A stretch of 64,000 nt of DNA from an uncultured Methylomirabilota bacterium. GTDB taxonomy: Bacteria > Methylomirabilota > Methylomirabilia > Methylomirabilales > 2-02-FULL-66-22. The notes below the pieces were generated by a model. It had not been told where the DNA came from. It saw only the letters and a program-made list of their open reading frames with translations, and ran no database searches. The stretch is taken from the NCBI GenBank assembly GCA_963845565.1, contig CAWJSJ010000005.1, forward strand, positions 1 to 64,000, given 5' to 3'. Of the stretch, positions 50,318-60,257 are shown in pieces. Numbering within the stretch: position 1 is the first letter of the stretch; each line of letters starts with the position of its first letter. The translations under genes were made by a program, and so were the position numbers.

Positions 50318-51460
50318 ATGGATTTCGAGTTGAACGATGCGCAGCGGATGCTGCGGGACATGGTGCGGGACTTTGCCGAAAAGGAGATCAAACCACGGGC
50401 CGCAGAGATCGACCGGACGGACGAGTTTCCGTGGGATCTGTGGAAGCGCATGGCCGAGCTGGGCATCCTGGGGATGACCCTGCCGCCCGAGTACGGCGGC
50501 TCGGGCATGGACATCGTGAGCTGGGCCATCGCGCAAGAGGAGATGGCGCGTGCTTCGGTGGTAGTGGCCGATATCCAACTTCTCAGCACGCTGATGCAGA
50601 ACATGATCCTCAAGAACGGGACCGACGCCCAGAAGCAGAAGTACCTGCCGGCTCTCGGCTCGGGAGAGAAGATCTGCATCATCGCGCAAACCGAGCCCGG
50701 CGCAGGGTCCGATGTGGCCGGGATCCAGACCACGGCGAAACCGGAGCGGAACGGGTACGTCCTGAACGGCACCAAACGGTTCTTGACCTGCGCCATGCTG
50801 GCCGACCTGGCGATCGTGGTGGCGACCGTGGACAGGAGCAAGGGGCACAAGGGGATCACGCTGTTCCTGGTGGAGAAGGGGACGCCCGGCTTCTCGCCCG
50901 GATCCAAAGAGCACTTGATGGGTGTCAAGGGGATGGGGACGGGCGAGGTGGTCCTGGACAACTGCTGGGTACCGAAGGAGAACCTGCTAGGCGGCGAAGG
51001 GGAAGGATTCAAGCGCGCCATGATGTCCCTCGACACGGGGCGCATCGGCATCGGCTGCCAGGCGGTGGGGCTGGCGCAGGCTGCCATGGAGGAGGCCATC
51101 CGCTACGCCAAGCAGCGGACCGCTTTCGGCGGCCCCATCGCGAACCTCCAGGCTATCCAATTCATGCTGGCGGACATGTCGGCGGGGATCGAGGCGGCTC
51201 GGCTGCGCCTTCGGCACGCCGCGTGGCTGAAGGACCAGGGGCGGTCGATCATTCGCGAAGCCGCCGAGGCGAAGCTGCTGGCGTCGGATCTGGCGGTGAA
51301 GGTGACGGCGGACGCGCTCCAGATCCATGGCGCATACGGCTACAGCGTCGACTTTCCCATCGAGCGGATGTACCGCGAGGCAAAGGTGTATCAGATCTGG
51401 GAGGGCACCAGCGAGATCCAGCGGGTGGTGATCGCGCGACAGTTGTTGAAAGAGTATTAG
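50318..51460 (+). CDS. Acyl-CoA dehydrogenase
   Basis: TEPGAGSD, QIHGAYGY, IWEGTSEIQ. Confidence 0.95.
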   Translation: MDFELNDAQRMLRDMVRDFAEKEIKPRAAEIDRTDEFPWDLWKRMAELGILGMTLPPEYGGSGMDIVSWAIAQEEMARASVVVADIQLLSTLMQNMILKNGTDAQKQKYLPALGSGEKICIIAQTEPGAGSDVAGIQTTAKPERNGYVLNGTKRFLTCAMLADLAIVVATVDRSKGHKGITLFLVEKGTPGFSPGSKEHLMGVKGMGTGEVVLDNCWVPKENLLGGEGEGFKRAMMSLDTGRIGIGCQAVGLAQAAMEEAIRYAKQRTAFGGPIANLQAIQFMLADMSAGIEAARLRLRHAAWLKDQGRSIIREAAEAKLLASDLAVKVTADALQIHGAYGYSVDFPIERMYREAKVYQIWEGTSEIQRVVIARQLLKEY

Positions 51461-51491
51461 TGCTTCATCCGGGCCGCGCAGAATCGGGGGG

Positions 51492-51662
51492 AACCACAGA
51501 TTACGCAGATTCCACAGATTTCAGAGGAAACGGGTCGGGGGAATAGTTTTGAAAGGAGACTCCGAGGGACCGAGGAAATCGCTGATGATGCACATGTCGC
51601 AGACTTCACGGGAGAGCGGAAGGGTAGAATTCGAATCTGCGTAATCTGCGAAATCTGTGGTT
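51492..51662. repeat. Repeat family R3, with ~105 bp between the arms
   Basis: AACCACAGATTACGCAGATTCCACAGATT ... AATCTGCGTAATCTGCGAAATCTGTGGTT. Confidence 0.8.
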
Positions 51663-51722
51663 CCATTCCGTCCTCTGGCGTTCTTGGTGCCTTGGCGGTT
51701 CACAGCTCTTGGGGAGGGTGAC

Positions 51723-52469
51723 ATGCAATTCGCGGGGAAGGTGGCGTTGGTGACGGGCGGGGGGTCGGGGATCGGGAGGGCGACCTGCGAGCTCTTTGCC
51801 GGGCGGGGCGGGGCCGTGGTGGCGGCGGATGTGAACGAAGCGGCGGCCGCGGCGACGGCCGAGGGGATCCGGAAAACGGGAGGGCGAGCGATAGCAGTGC
51901 GCTGCGATGTCACGCTCTGGGATCACGTCCAGGCGGCTGTGGATCGCGCACGGACGGAGTACGGCAGCCTGGATGTGGTCGTCAACTGCGCCGGCATCTT
52001 GAAGGGCCACCTTCTGGAGGAGACGCCGGAAGCCGAGTGGAGACAGATGCTGGACGTGAATCTCACGGGTGCCTTCTTGGTCACCAAAGCGGCGCTCAAG
52101 GCGATGCGGGAGCAGGGTGGCGGTGCCATCGTCCACATCGCGTCGCGCATGGCCATCCGGGTCAAGGAGGGGCACGGCGCCTATGCCGCGGCCAAGGCGG
52201 GCATCCTGCAACTGACCCAGATGGCCGCGCTGGAGGGCGCGCCCCACAAGATCCGGGTCAACTGCGTCTGCCCTGGTTTTGTGGATTCGCCGATGACGCG
52301 CGGCGGATACCAGGACGACGCGTTCGAGGGCTGGAACAAGGTCTGTCCGCTGGGCCGGCCCGCCGTCCCCGAGGATATCGCCAAGGCGATGCTGTTCCTG
52401 GCCTCGGACGAGGCGGCGTTCATCACCGGGGTGGCGTTGCCGGTGGACGGGGGGCGGACGATTCTCTGA
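51723..52469 (+). CDS. Short-chain dehydrogenase/reductase
   Basis: TGGGSGIG, NCAG, YAAAK. Confidence 0.92.
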   Translation: MQFAGKVALVTGGGSGIGRATCELFAGRGGAVVAADVNEAAAAATAEGIRKTGGRAIAVRCDVTLWDHVQAAVDRARTEYGSLDVVVNCAGILKGHLLEETPEAEWRQMLDVNLTGAFLVTKAALKAMREQGGGAIVHIASRMAIRVKEGHGAYAAAKAGILQLTQMAALEGAPHKIRVNCVCPGFVDSPMTRGGYQDDAFEGWNKVCPLGRPAVPEDIAKAMLFLASDEAAFITGVALPVDGGRTIL

Positions 52470-52624
52470 TGAGCCGGCCAATCCGCGCTTTGTCTTTGAC
52501 GGGGGCGCCGGTTCCTGATACCGCTACATGGCCTCAATGTGGCGTGAGGTCCGGGCCGAGGCGGCACGCTTTCCTGGGCCGGCCGCGTTTCGACCGTAGG
52601 TTGTGAGACGATGGGAGTGGCGGC

Positions 52625-53665
52625 GTGAAGTTGCGAGGCGGCGTTTTTGGCTGCGGGATGATCTCGGAGTTTCACCTGCGGGGCTGGCAGCGCATCCCCG
52701 AGGTGGAGATCGTGGCGCTCGGCAATCGCACCCTCAGCCGCGCCGAGGCCCGACGCGACGAGTTCGTTCCGGCGGCCCGCGTGTACGCAGACCTCGACAC
52801 CATGCTTCGCGAGGAGCGGCTGGACTTCGTGGACATCCTCAGCGTGCCCTGGCTCCACAGGGAGCACTGCGTCCAGGCCAAGGCGGCCGGCGTCCATGTG
52901 ATCTGCCAGAAGCCGCTTTGCGATTCGCTGGAGGACGCCCAGGCGCTGCTTCAGGAGATGAAGGGGTATCCCAAGCTCTTCGCCGTGCATGAGAACCACC
53001 CGTATCGTCCGTGGTTTCAGACTGTTCTCGCATGCCATCGAGATGGCAAATTCGGTACGCCCCGTTTCCTGCGCCTCGCGCAATACGATGGAAAGGAGCC
53101 GCCGGAGGCCTATAAGAACGAGGCGAAGCTGGGAGTCCTGCTGGAGTATGGCACGCATCTGATTGACATGCTCCTGACCCTCCTTGGGACTCCGACTCGC
53201 GTGTATGCGCGCCTGAGCCATGGAAATCCCCGAATGCGGGGAGAGCATCTGGCGTTCGTGGTGTTCGAGTATCCGGAGACCACGGCGGTCGTCGACATCG
53301 CGTGGAAACCGGGCGGACTGCCCCACGGCGGGTTCATCCTGGAAGGGGACACGGGCGCGGTCCTGTACGAGGGCACGATGACGCGCGGTACCGCTTCGCG
53401 GTTCCGGGTCACCCAGGGGGATGCCGGAGTGATCGACGAGATGCGGTCGCCCTACGACGACTACGTGGAGAGCTTTTACCGCTTGGAGCGTGAGTGTGCG
53501 GACTGCATGCTCACCGGAAGGCCGGTCACCCAGTCGGCCGCGCGAAACTTTCAAACGCTCGCGGTGACTTTCGCGGCGTACCGGTCGGCGGAGACCGGCC
53601 GGATCATCGAGATTGACCGCTTCCTGGAGACCGAGTCGAAGGGGCAGGGGTCTTGCCGCCATTGA
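52625..53665 (+). CDS. Gfo/Idh/MocA-family oxidoreductase
   Basis: GCGMIS, CQKP, HEN, EYGTHLID. Confidence 0.9.
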   Translation: MKLRGGVFGCGMISEFHLRGWQRIPEVEIVALGNRTLSRAEARRDEFVPAARVYADLDTMLREERLDFVDILSVPWLHREHCVQAKAAGVHVICQKPLCDSLEDAQALLQEMKGYPKLFAVHENHPYRPWFQTVLACHRDGKFGTPRFLRLAQYDGKEPPEAYKNEAKLGVLLEYGTHLIDMLLTLLGTPTRVYARLSHGNPRMRGEHLAFVVFEYPETTAVVDIAWKPGGLPHGGFILEGDTGAVLYEGTMTRGTASRFRVTQGDAGVIDEMRSPYDDYVESFYRLERECADCMLTGRPVTQSAARNFQTLAVTFAAYRSAETGRIIEIDRFLETESKGQGSCRH

Positions 53666-53706
53666 TGCGTGACCATCCCGCGGGTCTTGCCGAAGGAGGA
53701 ACGAGT

Positions 53707-54192
53707 GTGGTCAATGTATTGCTGAAGGTGCTCGACTGGTTCTGCAACGTGACATCGCTCATCATCCTCTATGTCACCGTGGTGGTGATCTTCGTCCAGG
53801 TGATCTGCCGCTATGTTCTCGAGGTGGCCCTTCCCTGGACCGAGGAGTTCGCCCGCTTTGCGTTTCTCTGGCTGATCTTCCTGGCCAACGCCATGGCCGA
53901 GCGCCAGAAGGAGCACTTCCGGGTGAGTTACTTCGTGGAGCAGGCCCCACGGAGGCTGCGCTACGGCTTCTGGGTCGCCGGCGAAATCCTCATCTTCACC
54001 TTCTTCATCTGGCTGCTCATGGATAGCCTGGCCTTCGTGCAGATGGGCAAACGGATGATCTCACCCGTGATGCAGCTTCGCCTAGACTGGATCTACTGGG
54101 GGCTCCCGGCAGCCGTGATGCTCAGCCTCCTGAACCGGTCCCGTAACATCGTGGCCGTCCTTCACGAGCGGCCCGACAACCCGTTCGCTTGA
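53707..54192 (+). CDS. dctQ: TRAP transporter small permease
   Basis: QVICRY, WTEEFAR, HFRV. Confidence 0.9.
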   Translation: MVNVLLKVLDWFCNVTSLIILYVTVVVIFVQVICRYVLEVALPWTEEFARFAFLWLIFLANAMAERQKEHFRVSYFVEQAPRRLRYGFWVAGEILIFTFFIWLLMDSLAFVQMGKRMISPVMQLRLDWIYWGLPAAVMLSLLNRSRNIVAVLHERPDNPFA

Positions 54193-54210
54193 GCCGCGGA
54201 GGAGTCGTCC

Positions 54211-55503
54211 ATGCTGAGTGGAACCGTCTTATTGCTGCTCTTCTTGGTGTTGATGTTCATGGGCATCCCGGTCGCGCACTCCATGATCATCACCGCCTAC
54301 ATCACCATCAAGTTCATCCATCCCGAGATCCCGACGATCATCGTGGCGCAGCGGCTCTTCGGGGGGGCCGATAATTACATTCTCCTCTGCATTCCCTTCT
54401 TCATCTTGGCCGGCGATCTGATGTCCATGACGACCCTCTTCGACCGCCTGATCAAGGTGGCCAACGCGATGGTGGGACACATTCGAGGGGCGCTCTCCCA
54501 CATCACCATCGTGGTGGCGATGTTCTTCGCCGGGATCACCGGGGCGGCGGTCGCCGACACCTCGGCCGTGGGGACGGTCCTCATCCCGGCCATGATCAAA
54601 CAGGGGTACAGCCGGGCCTACTCCACGGCGCTTACTGTCGTGTCCTCGACCATCGGCGTAATCATCCCGCCGAGCAACCTTATGGTGGTGGCGGCACTGG
54701 TGTCCTCTTCCTCGGTCGCCGCGCTGCTTCTGGGCGGGGTGATCCCGGGCGTCCTGGCGGCGGCTTCGCTCCTTGTCGTGAGCGTGTACTATGGGATCAA
54801 GTACAACTTCCCGAAAGAGCCCAAGCTCACCTGGGGGGGGCGCGCCAAGGCGCTCTGGCACGGCATCCCGGCGCTCGGCATCCCCGTCGTCCTCATGGGC
54901 GGCATCCTCACCGGCATCGTGACCCCGACCGAGGCGGCCAACATCTCCATCATCTACGCCATCATCGTCGGGCCCATCATGATGCGCGGGTTCCCACCGT
55001 TGAAAGAGATCTACAGGAGCTCGGTCGGGGTGTGTACCCGGACATCGGCCGTGATGATCGCCGTGGGCGCCTCGGTCATCTTCGGCTGGATCCTGGCCAT
55101 CGCCCAGGTGCCGGAGGCCATCGCCGAGTTCATCACCACTTACACCTCCAGCAAGATTCTCATCATCGCCGGGATGCTGTTTACCTACCTCGCCATTGGG
55201 ACGTTCCTGGACGCCATACCCATCATCCTGATCTTCACGCCGATCTTTCTTCCCTTGGCCGAGAAGCTGGGCATCCCGGTGGTGGCCTTCATGGTGACGA
55301 TGGTCTTCGCCTCGGCTATGGGGTTGGCCAGTCCCCCTTGCGGTTCCTGTTTGTGGGTAGGCGCGGCCATCGGCGATATTCAGGTGGAGAAATTCACCTG
55401 GGAATTGATTCCGTTCCTGAGCGCGATGACCGCCATCCTGGCGCTGATTGCATACTGGCCTGACGTCATCATGTGGTTGCCGAATCTCTTGCTCGGAAAA
55501 TGA
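54211..55503 (+). CDS. dctM: TRAP transporter large permease
   Basis: IPFFILAG, TGAAVAD, IPPS, TPTEAA. Confidence 0.95.
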   Translation: MLSGTVLLLLFLVLMFMGIPVAHSMIITAYITIKFIHPEIPTIIVAQRLFGGADNYILLCIPFFILAGDLMSMTTLFDRLIKVANAMVGHIRGALSHITIVVAMFFAGITGAAVADTSAVGTVLIPAMIKQGYSRAYSTALTVVSSTIGVIIPPSNLMVVAALVSSSSVAALLLGGVIPGVLAAASLLVVSVYYGIKYNFPKEPKLTWGGRAKALWHGIPALGIPVVLMGGILTGIVTPTEAANISIIYAIIVGPIMMRGFPPLKEIYRSSVGVCTRTSAVMIAVGASVIFGWILAIAQVPEAIAEFITTYTSSKILIIAGMLFTYLAIGTFLDAIPIILIFTPIFLPLAEKLGIPVVAFMVTMVFASAMGLASPPCGSCLWVGAAIGDIQVEKFTWELIPFLSAMTAILALIAYWPDVIMWLPNLLLGK

Positions 55504-55606
55504 GAGGGGGTGATTGCCGCCGGAAGCAGTCGTGGGGGCTAGGGCAACATGGGTCGGCCTTGGCTCCTGTCGTTGGAGAATCGTGAATCCCACGAAGGAG
55601 GCATCC

Positions 55607-56611
55607 ATGGATCGCAAGCGCGTTGCACGGTTTGTTTTCACGGTCGCCGTCCTGGCGGTAGCCGGCCTGATCGCGGCCGTTCCTGTCGCCCAGGCCGGGC
55701 AGGTGACGCTGAAGCTGGCAACGAGCCAGCCGCCGAAGGGCGGATTTCTGGGCGATACCCCCAAGGTGTTCGCCGACGAGGTGGAAAAACTCACCAAGGG
55801 GCAGGTGAAGGTCCAGGTTTTCCACTCCGGCTCGCTCAGCTCCAACGAGGCCGAGCTGTTCCAGATGGCCCAGAGCGGCGCGGTGGATCTCGCGATCGGG
55901 GCCACCACTTATATCCTGGGCTGGACTCCTCGGGCCAAGGTTTTCGATCTCCCCTACCTGTTCGAGGGCGCGCCCCACTTCAAGAAGGTGGTGCAGGGGA
56001 AGGTGGGTGAGGTCATCGCCAAGGAGGTCGAGGACGACGGGGTCTATCTCATCACCTACATCCTTCCCGGCGTGCGGAGCATCTTCAGCACCAAGCGGTC
56101 CATCGAGAAGATCGAGGACGCCAAGGGCATGAAGATCCGCAGCATGCAGAGCCCGGTGTACATCGATATGTTCAAGAACATGGGCATGCTGCCGACCGCT
56201 CTCCCCGCCTCGGAGCTGTACACCTCGCTCCAAACGGGCGTGGTGGACGCCGGCGAGAACGACGCCGCCAGCGTGGTGAGCTGGGGCTGGGTGGACGTGA
56301 TCAAGTTCTACTCGTTGAACGAACACTCCATCTCCTGCAACGTGATGATCGTGAACAAGAAGAAGATGGACAGCCTGCCCGCCGACGTTCAGAAGGCCAT
56401 CCGCGAGGCGGGAAAGAAGGCGGAGAACTACCAGCTCGACTACATCCAGAAGGCGCTGGCCGAGAACCTGGAGAAGATCAAGGCCAAGGGGGTCAAGGTC
56501 AACGTCATCACGGACCGGAAGCCCTTCCAGGATGCGGTGAAGGACATCATCGCCAAGTACGAGCCGGAGATCGGCAAGGACCTGATCCAGGCCGTCCGCG
56601 ACGCGAAGTAG
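55607..56611 (+). CDS. dctP: TRAP transporter substrate-binding protein (copy 1)
   Basis: Signal peptide; KGMKIRS, ELYTSLQTGVVDAGEN. Confidence 0.95.
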   Translation: MDRKRVARFVFTVAVLAVAGLIAAVPVAQAGQVTLKLATSQPPKGGFLGDTPKVFADEVEKLTKGQVKVQVFHSGSLSSNEAELFQMAQSGAVDLAIGATTYILGWTPRAKVFDLPYLFEGAPHFKKVVQGKVGEVIAKEVEDDGVYLITYILPGVRSIFSTKRSIEKIEDAKGMKIRSMQSPVYIDMFKNMGMLPTALPASELYTSLQTGVVDAGENDAASVVSWGWVDVIKFYSLNEHSISCNVMIVNKKKMDSLPADVQKAIREAGKKAENYQLDYIQKALAENLEKIKAKGVKVNVITDRKPFQDAVKDIIAKYEPEIGKDLIQAVRDAK

Positions 56612-56631
56612 CCGCCCCGAGCCACCCGAAG

Positions 56632-56669
56632 CCCGGAGGCGTGGGGCATTTCTGCCCTGCGTCTCCGGG
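56632..56669 (+). terminator. Stem-loop after dctP copy 1
   Basis: CCCGGAGGCGTGGGGCA-TTTC-TGCCCTGCGTCTCCGGG. Confidence 0.5.
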
Positions 56670-56809
56670 GCGGCACCCTGTCAGATCCAGGATGCCTGGG
56701 CGGTCAGGATCGGTCGCGCCGACCTTCCGCTGCAGGAGCGCTGCGAGATGTCGACATACGGTCCGTCGAGTCGGCGGCGGAGCCGGCGACGGCCGAGGAG
56801 GCAAATGCG

Positions 56810-57808
56810 ATGAGTATCTGGAGCGTAATGCGCTGCGCGATGGTTCCGCTGGTCGTGTGTGTGGTCGTCTTGGCCGGGTTCGCGGAGGCTGGCGAGTTCA
56901 CCCTGAAGCTGGCGACCAGTCAGCCACCCAAGGGGGGATACCTCGGCGGGATGGAGAAGGTCTTCGCCGATGAATTGGAGAAACTGACCAAGGGCCAGGT
57001 CAAGACGCGAATCTTCCACTCCGGTTCGCTCAGCTCCAACGAGGCGGAACTGGCCCAGATGGCCCAGAGCGGGGCCGTGGACGCCTCAATCGCCGCCACC
57101 ACCTACATTCTCGGCTGGGCCCCATCCATGAAGGTGTTCGATCTGCCGTATCTCTTCGAGGGCGCGGGCCATTTCAAGCGGGTGGTGCAGGGGCCGGTGG
57201 GCGAGAAGCTGGCCAGGCAGGTCGAGGATGACGGCGTGGTGTTGGTTGCGTATACTCTTCCCGGCATTCGGAGCATCTTCAACACCAAGCGTCCCATCGG
57301 GAGCCTCGAGGACGCCAAGGGGATGAAGATCCGCAGCATGCAGAGCCCCGTCTATGTCGACATGTTCAAGTCCTTCGGGATGCTGCCCACTCCGATGCCA
57401 TCCTCCGAGCTCTACACCTCGCTCCAGACGGGCGTGGTGGACGCCGGCGAGAACGATCCGGCCAGCGTGGTGAGCTGGGGCTGGGTGGACGTGATCAAGT
57501 ATTACTCGCTGGACGAACACTCGCTCACAGCATGCGTGCTCCTGCTGAACAAGAAGCGGTTCGACGGTTTCTCCCCCGAGATACAGAAGGCCATCCGCGA
57601 GGCGGGGAAGAAGGCCGAAACCTACCAGCTTGACTACATCGAAAAGGCGGCCCTCGAGAATCTGGAGAAGATCAAAGCCAAGGGGGTCAAGGTCAACGTC
57701 ATCGCGAACAAGAAGCCTTTCCAGGATTCGGTCAAGCACATTGTCGCCCAGTACGAGAAAGAGATCGGCCCCGACATCGTGCAGGCGGTGCGAGACGCAG
57801 CGAAGTAG
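56810..57808 (+). CDS. dctP: TRAP transporter substrate-binding protein (copy 2, tandem paralog)
   Basis: Long identical stretches shared with copy 1. Confidence 0.95.
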   Translation: MSIWSVMRCAMVPLVVCVVVLAGFAEAGEFTLKLATSQPPKGGYLGGMEKVFADELEKLTKGQVKTRIFHSGSLSSNEAELAQMAQSGAVDASIAATTYILGWAPSMKVFDLPYLFEGAGHFKRVVQGPVGEKLARQVEDDGVVLVAYTLPGIRSIFNTKRPIGSLEDAKGMKIRSMQSPVYVDMFKSFGMLPTPMPSSELYTSLQTGVVDAGENDPASVVSWGWVDVIKYYSLDEHSLTACVLLLNKKRFDGFSPEIQKAIREAGKKAETYQLDYIEKAALENLEKIKAKGVKVNVIANKKPFQDSVKHIVAQYEKEIGPDIVQAVRDAAK

Positions 57809-57887
57809 GGGTGCGGACGCCTGGGCGGAGTCAGGGCTTCGCCCCGGCAGACCGGCTGGGAACGCAGGAGTGATGGAGGACCCGACG

Positions 57888-60257
57888 ATGCGTGCGCCGC
57901 AAGATCGGACGGCGAGGCTGCGCAACCGACTCATGGGCCACGAGCCTTCCGTGTGCCATGAGCGCGCGGCGATCGTGACGGAAGTATACGAACGACTGTC
58001 GGGCACCCTATCGCCGATCCTGCTCCGGGCGCACGCGCTGGCCGCTGTCCTGGACCGAATGTCCGTTTTCATCGGGCCCGATGAGCTGATCGTCGGCAAC
58101 CAGGCCAGCCGGCCGCGCTCGGCGCCGATCTTTCCGGAATACTCCTGGGAGTGGATTCTCGAGGAGTTGGACACGCTGCCGACGCGCGCGGCCGATCGGT
58201 ATGCCGTTCCGCCCGAATCACGGGAGGCGCTCCGGGACATCCTGCCCCGGTGGCAGGGGAAGTCGTTCCGCGACCGGGCCGTTCACGCGTTACCCGAGGA
58301 CGTCCTCCAGTCCCATCAATCGCTGCTCTTCCTGCTCACCAGCATGGGTTGCGGCGTGGGGCACCTGGCGCCGGATTACGCGCGGGTGCTCACCCGGGGT
58401 CTTTCGGCGATCGCCCGGGATTCGCGGGAGCGGCTGACAGCGCTGGATCTGACCGATCCGGACTCGATCCGGAAGCGGGACTTCTGCCAGGCCGTCGCGG
58501 TGGTGGCCGAAGCGGCGATCCGGTTCGCCGGCCGTTTCGCGGAGCGTGCGGAACAGATGGCGGCCGCAGAGGCATGCCCGGACCGGCGAGCCGAGTTATC
58601 GGAGCTCGCGCGAATCTGCCGGAAGGTGCCGGCCGAACCGGCGGACACCTTCCACGAGGCGCTGCAATCCTTCTGGTTCGTTCACCTCGTCATCCAGATC
58701 GAGTCGAACGGCCACTCCATCTCGCCGGGCCGCTTCGATCAGTACATGAGCCCGTTCTGCGAGGCCGACCGGATCGGCGGGCGTCTCGATCGCGACGGCG
58801 CGCTGGAGCTGCTCGACTGCCTCTGGGTCAAGTTCAACGAGATCATGAAGCTGCGCGACAAGACGGCCTCGATCGGGTTTGGGGGATACCCGCTGTTCCA
58901 GAACCTGATCGTCGGCGGGTTGACACGCGACGGCCGGGACGCCACCAACGACCTTTCGTATCTGTGCTTGGAGGCCACCCGGCGGACGCGCCTCCCGCAG
59001 CCGTCGCTGTCGGTCCGCATCCACGCCGATACACCGCGCGAGCTCCTCCGCGCGGCCGCGGACCTGGCGCGGGAAGGGCTGGGACTTCCGGCGTTCTTCA
59101 ACGACGACGCCATCGTCCCGGTGCTCCAGAACATGGGTGTGCCCCTGGAAGAGGCCCGGGGCTATGCCGAGGTCGGTTGCGTCGAACCCCAGGTGCCGGG
59201 CAAGACCAACGGGTATTATCCGGCAGGCTTTCTGAACCTGGGCAAGGTGCTGACCATGGCCCTCCATAACGGGACCGACCCGGTAACCGGGAAACAGCTC
59301 GGTCCGGCCGATCCGGAGGGCCAGGGCTTCGCGTGTTACGGCGACATCGTGGCGGCGCTCGACCGGCAACTCGACCACGTCATCCGGCTGATCGTGATCG
59401 GCGACAACATCCTCGACGACCTGCACGGGAGGCTCGCGCCGAACCCGTTCGTCTCCCTGCTGGTGGACGATTGTCTGGCGCACGGCCTGGCGTACGAGCA
59501 GGGCGGAGCGGTCTACAACTACACGGGGCCGAACAGTGTGGGGCTGGCCAACGTGGCGGACGCCCTGATGGCGATCAAGCGCCTGGTCTTCGAGGAGCGG
59601 CGGGTCGAGATGAACGCCCTCTTGGCGATGCTCGACGAGGACTTCGTTGAACGTGAGAGCGGCCGGCTCCTCCTGCTCAACCGTGCCCCCAAGTTCGGCA
59701 ACGACAACGAGGAGGTGGACCAGATCGCCCGCGACCTCGCCACGCGAATCCTGACGGGATTCAAGCAGTACCGGAACCCGCGCGGTGGCCGGTACGAGCC
59801 GGGGTTGCAGAGTATCTCCGCGCATGCGCTCTTCCGCGACGCGGTCGCCGCCACACCAGACGGCCGGACGACCACGATGCTGCTGGCCGACGGCGGGATC
59901 TCTCCCGCCCAGGGGCGCGATCGGCGCGGCCCCACCGCGGTGATCCGGTCGGCGGCCCGGCTGGACCATCGGGAGGCCTCGAACGGAACGCTCCTCAATG
60001 TCAAGCTGAGTCCCCAGTCGGTCGCCGGGGAGGCGGGGTTGGAGAACCTTGCAGCACTGGTGCGAACGTACTTCGGCCTGGGGGGGCAGCACATCCAGTT
60101 CAATGTGATCAACACCGCCGTCCTGCGCGACGCCCAACGACACCCCGAATGCCACCGAGACCTGGTCGTGCGCGTGGCGGGCTTCAGCGTCCTCTTCACC
60201 ACCATCGACCCGGTGCTGCAAGAGGACATCATCGAGCGCACCGAGCACCGTGTCTGA
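57888..60257 (+). CDS. Glycyl radical enzyme (eliminase class, glycerol/propanediol dehydratase-like scaffold)
   Basis: Cys loop VGCVEP; Gly loop HIQFNV...VRVAGFS; GVGH; ESNGHS; RBS GGAGGA. Confidence 0.95.
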   Translation: MRAPQDRTARLRNRLMGHEPSVCHERAAIVTEVYERLSGTLSPILLRAHALAAVLDRMSVFIGPDELIVGNQASRPRSAPIFPEYSWEWILEELDTLPTRAADRYAVPPESREALRDILPRWQGKSFRDRAVHALPEDVLQSHQSLLFLLTSMGCGVGHLAPDYARVLTRGLSAIARDSRERLTALDLTDPDSIRKRDFCQAVAVVAEAAIRFAGRFAERAEQMAAAEACPDRRAELSELARICRKVPAEPADTFHEALQSFWFVHLVIQIESNGHSISPGRFDQYMSPFCEADRIGGRLDRDGALELLDCLWVKFNEIMKLRDKTASIGFGGYPLFQNLIVGGLTRDGRDATNDLSYLCLEATRRTRLPQPSLSVRIHADTPRELLRAAADLAREGLGLPAFFNDDAIVPVLQNMGVPLEEARGYAEVGCVEPQVPGKTNGYYPAGFLNLGKVLTMALHNGTDPVTGKQLGPADPEGQGFACYGDIVAALDRQLDHVIRLIVIGDNILDDLHGRLAPNPFVSLLVDDCLAHGLAYEQGGAVYNYTGPNSVGLANVADALMAIKRLVFEERRVEMNALLAMLDEDFVERESGRLLLLNRAPKFGNDNEEVDQIARDLATRILTGFKQYRNPRGGRYEPGLQSISAHALFRDAVAATPDGRTTTMLLADGGISPAQGRDRRGPTAVIRSAARLDHREASNGTLLNVKLSPQSVAGEAGLENLAALVRTYFGLGGQHIQFNVINTAVLRDAQRHPECHRDLVVRVAGFSVLFTTIDPVLQEDIIERTEHRV

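Noticed and set aside
50178..51662. R3 repeats as a CRISPR array
   Set aside because: The arms are inverted and internally periodic, there is no regular repeat-spacer series, and no cas genes are present
57888..60257. GRE as pyruvate formate-lyase or as a microcompartment signature enzyme
   Set aside because: It has the single-Cys GCVE loop rather than the adjacent Cys-Cys of PFL, and there are no shell-protein genes
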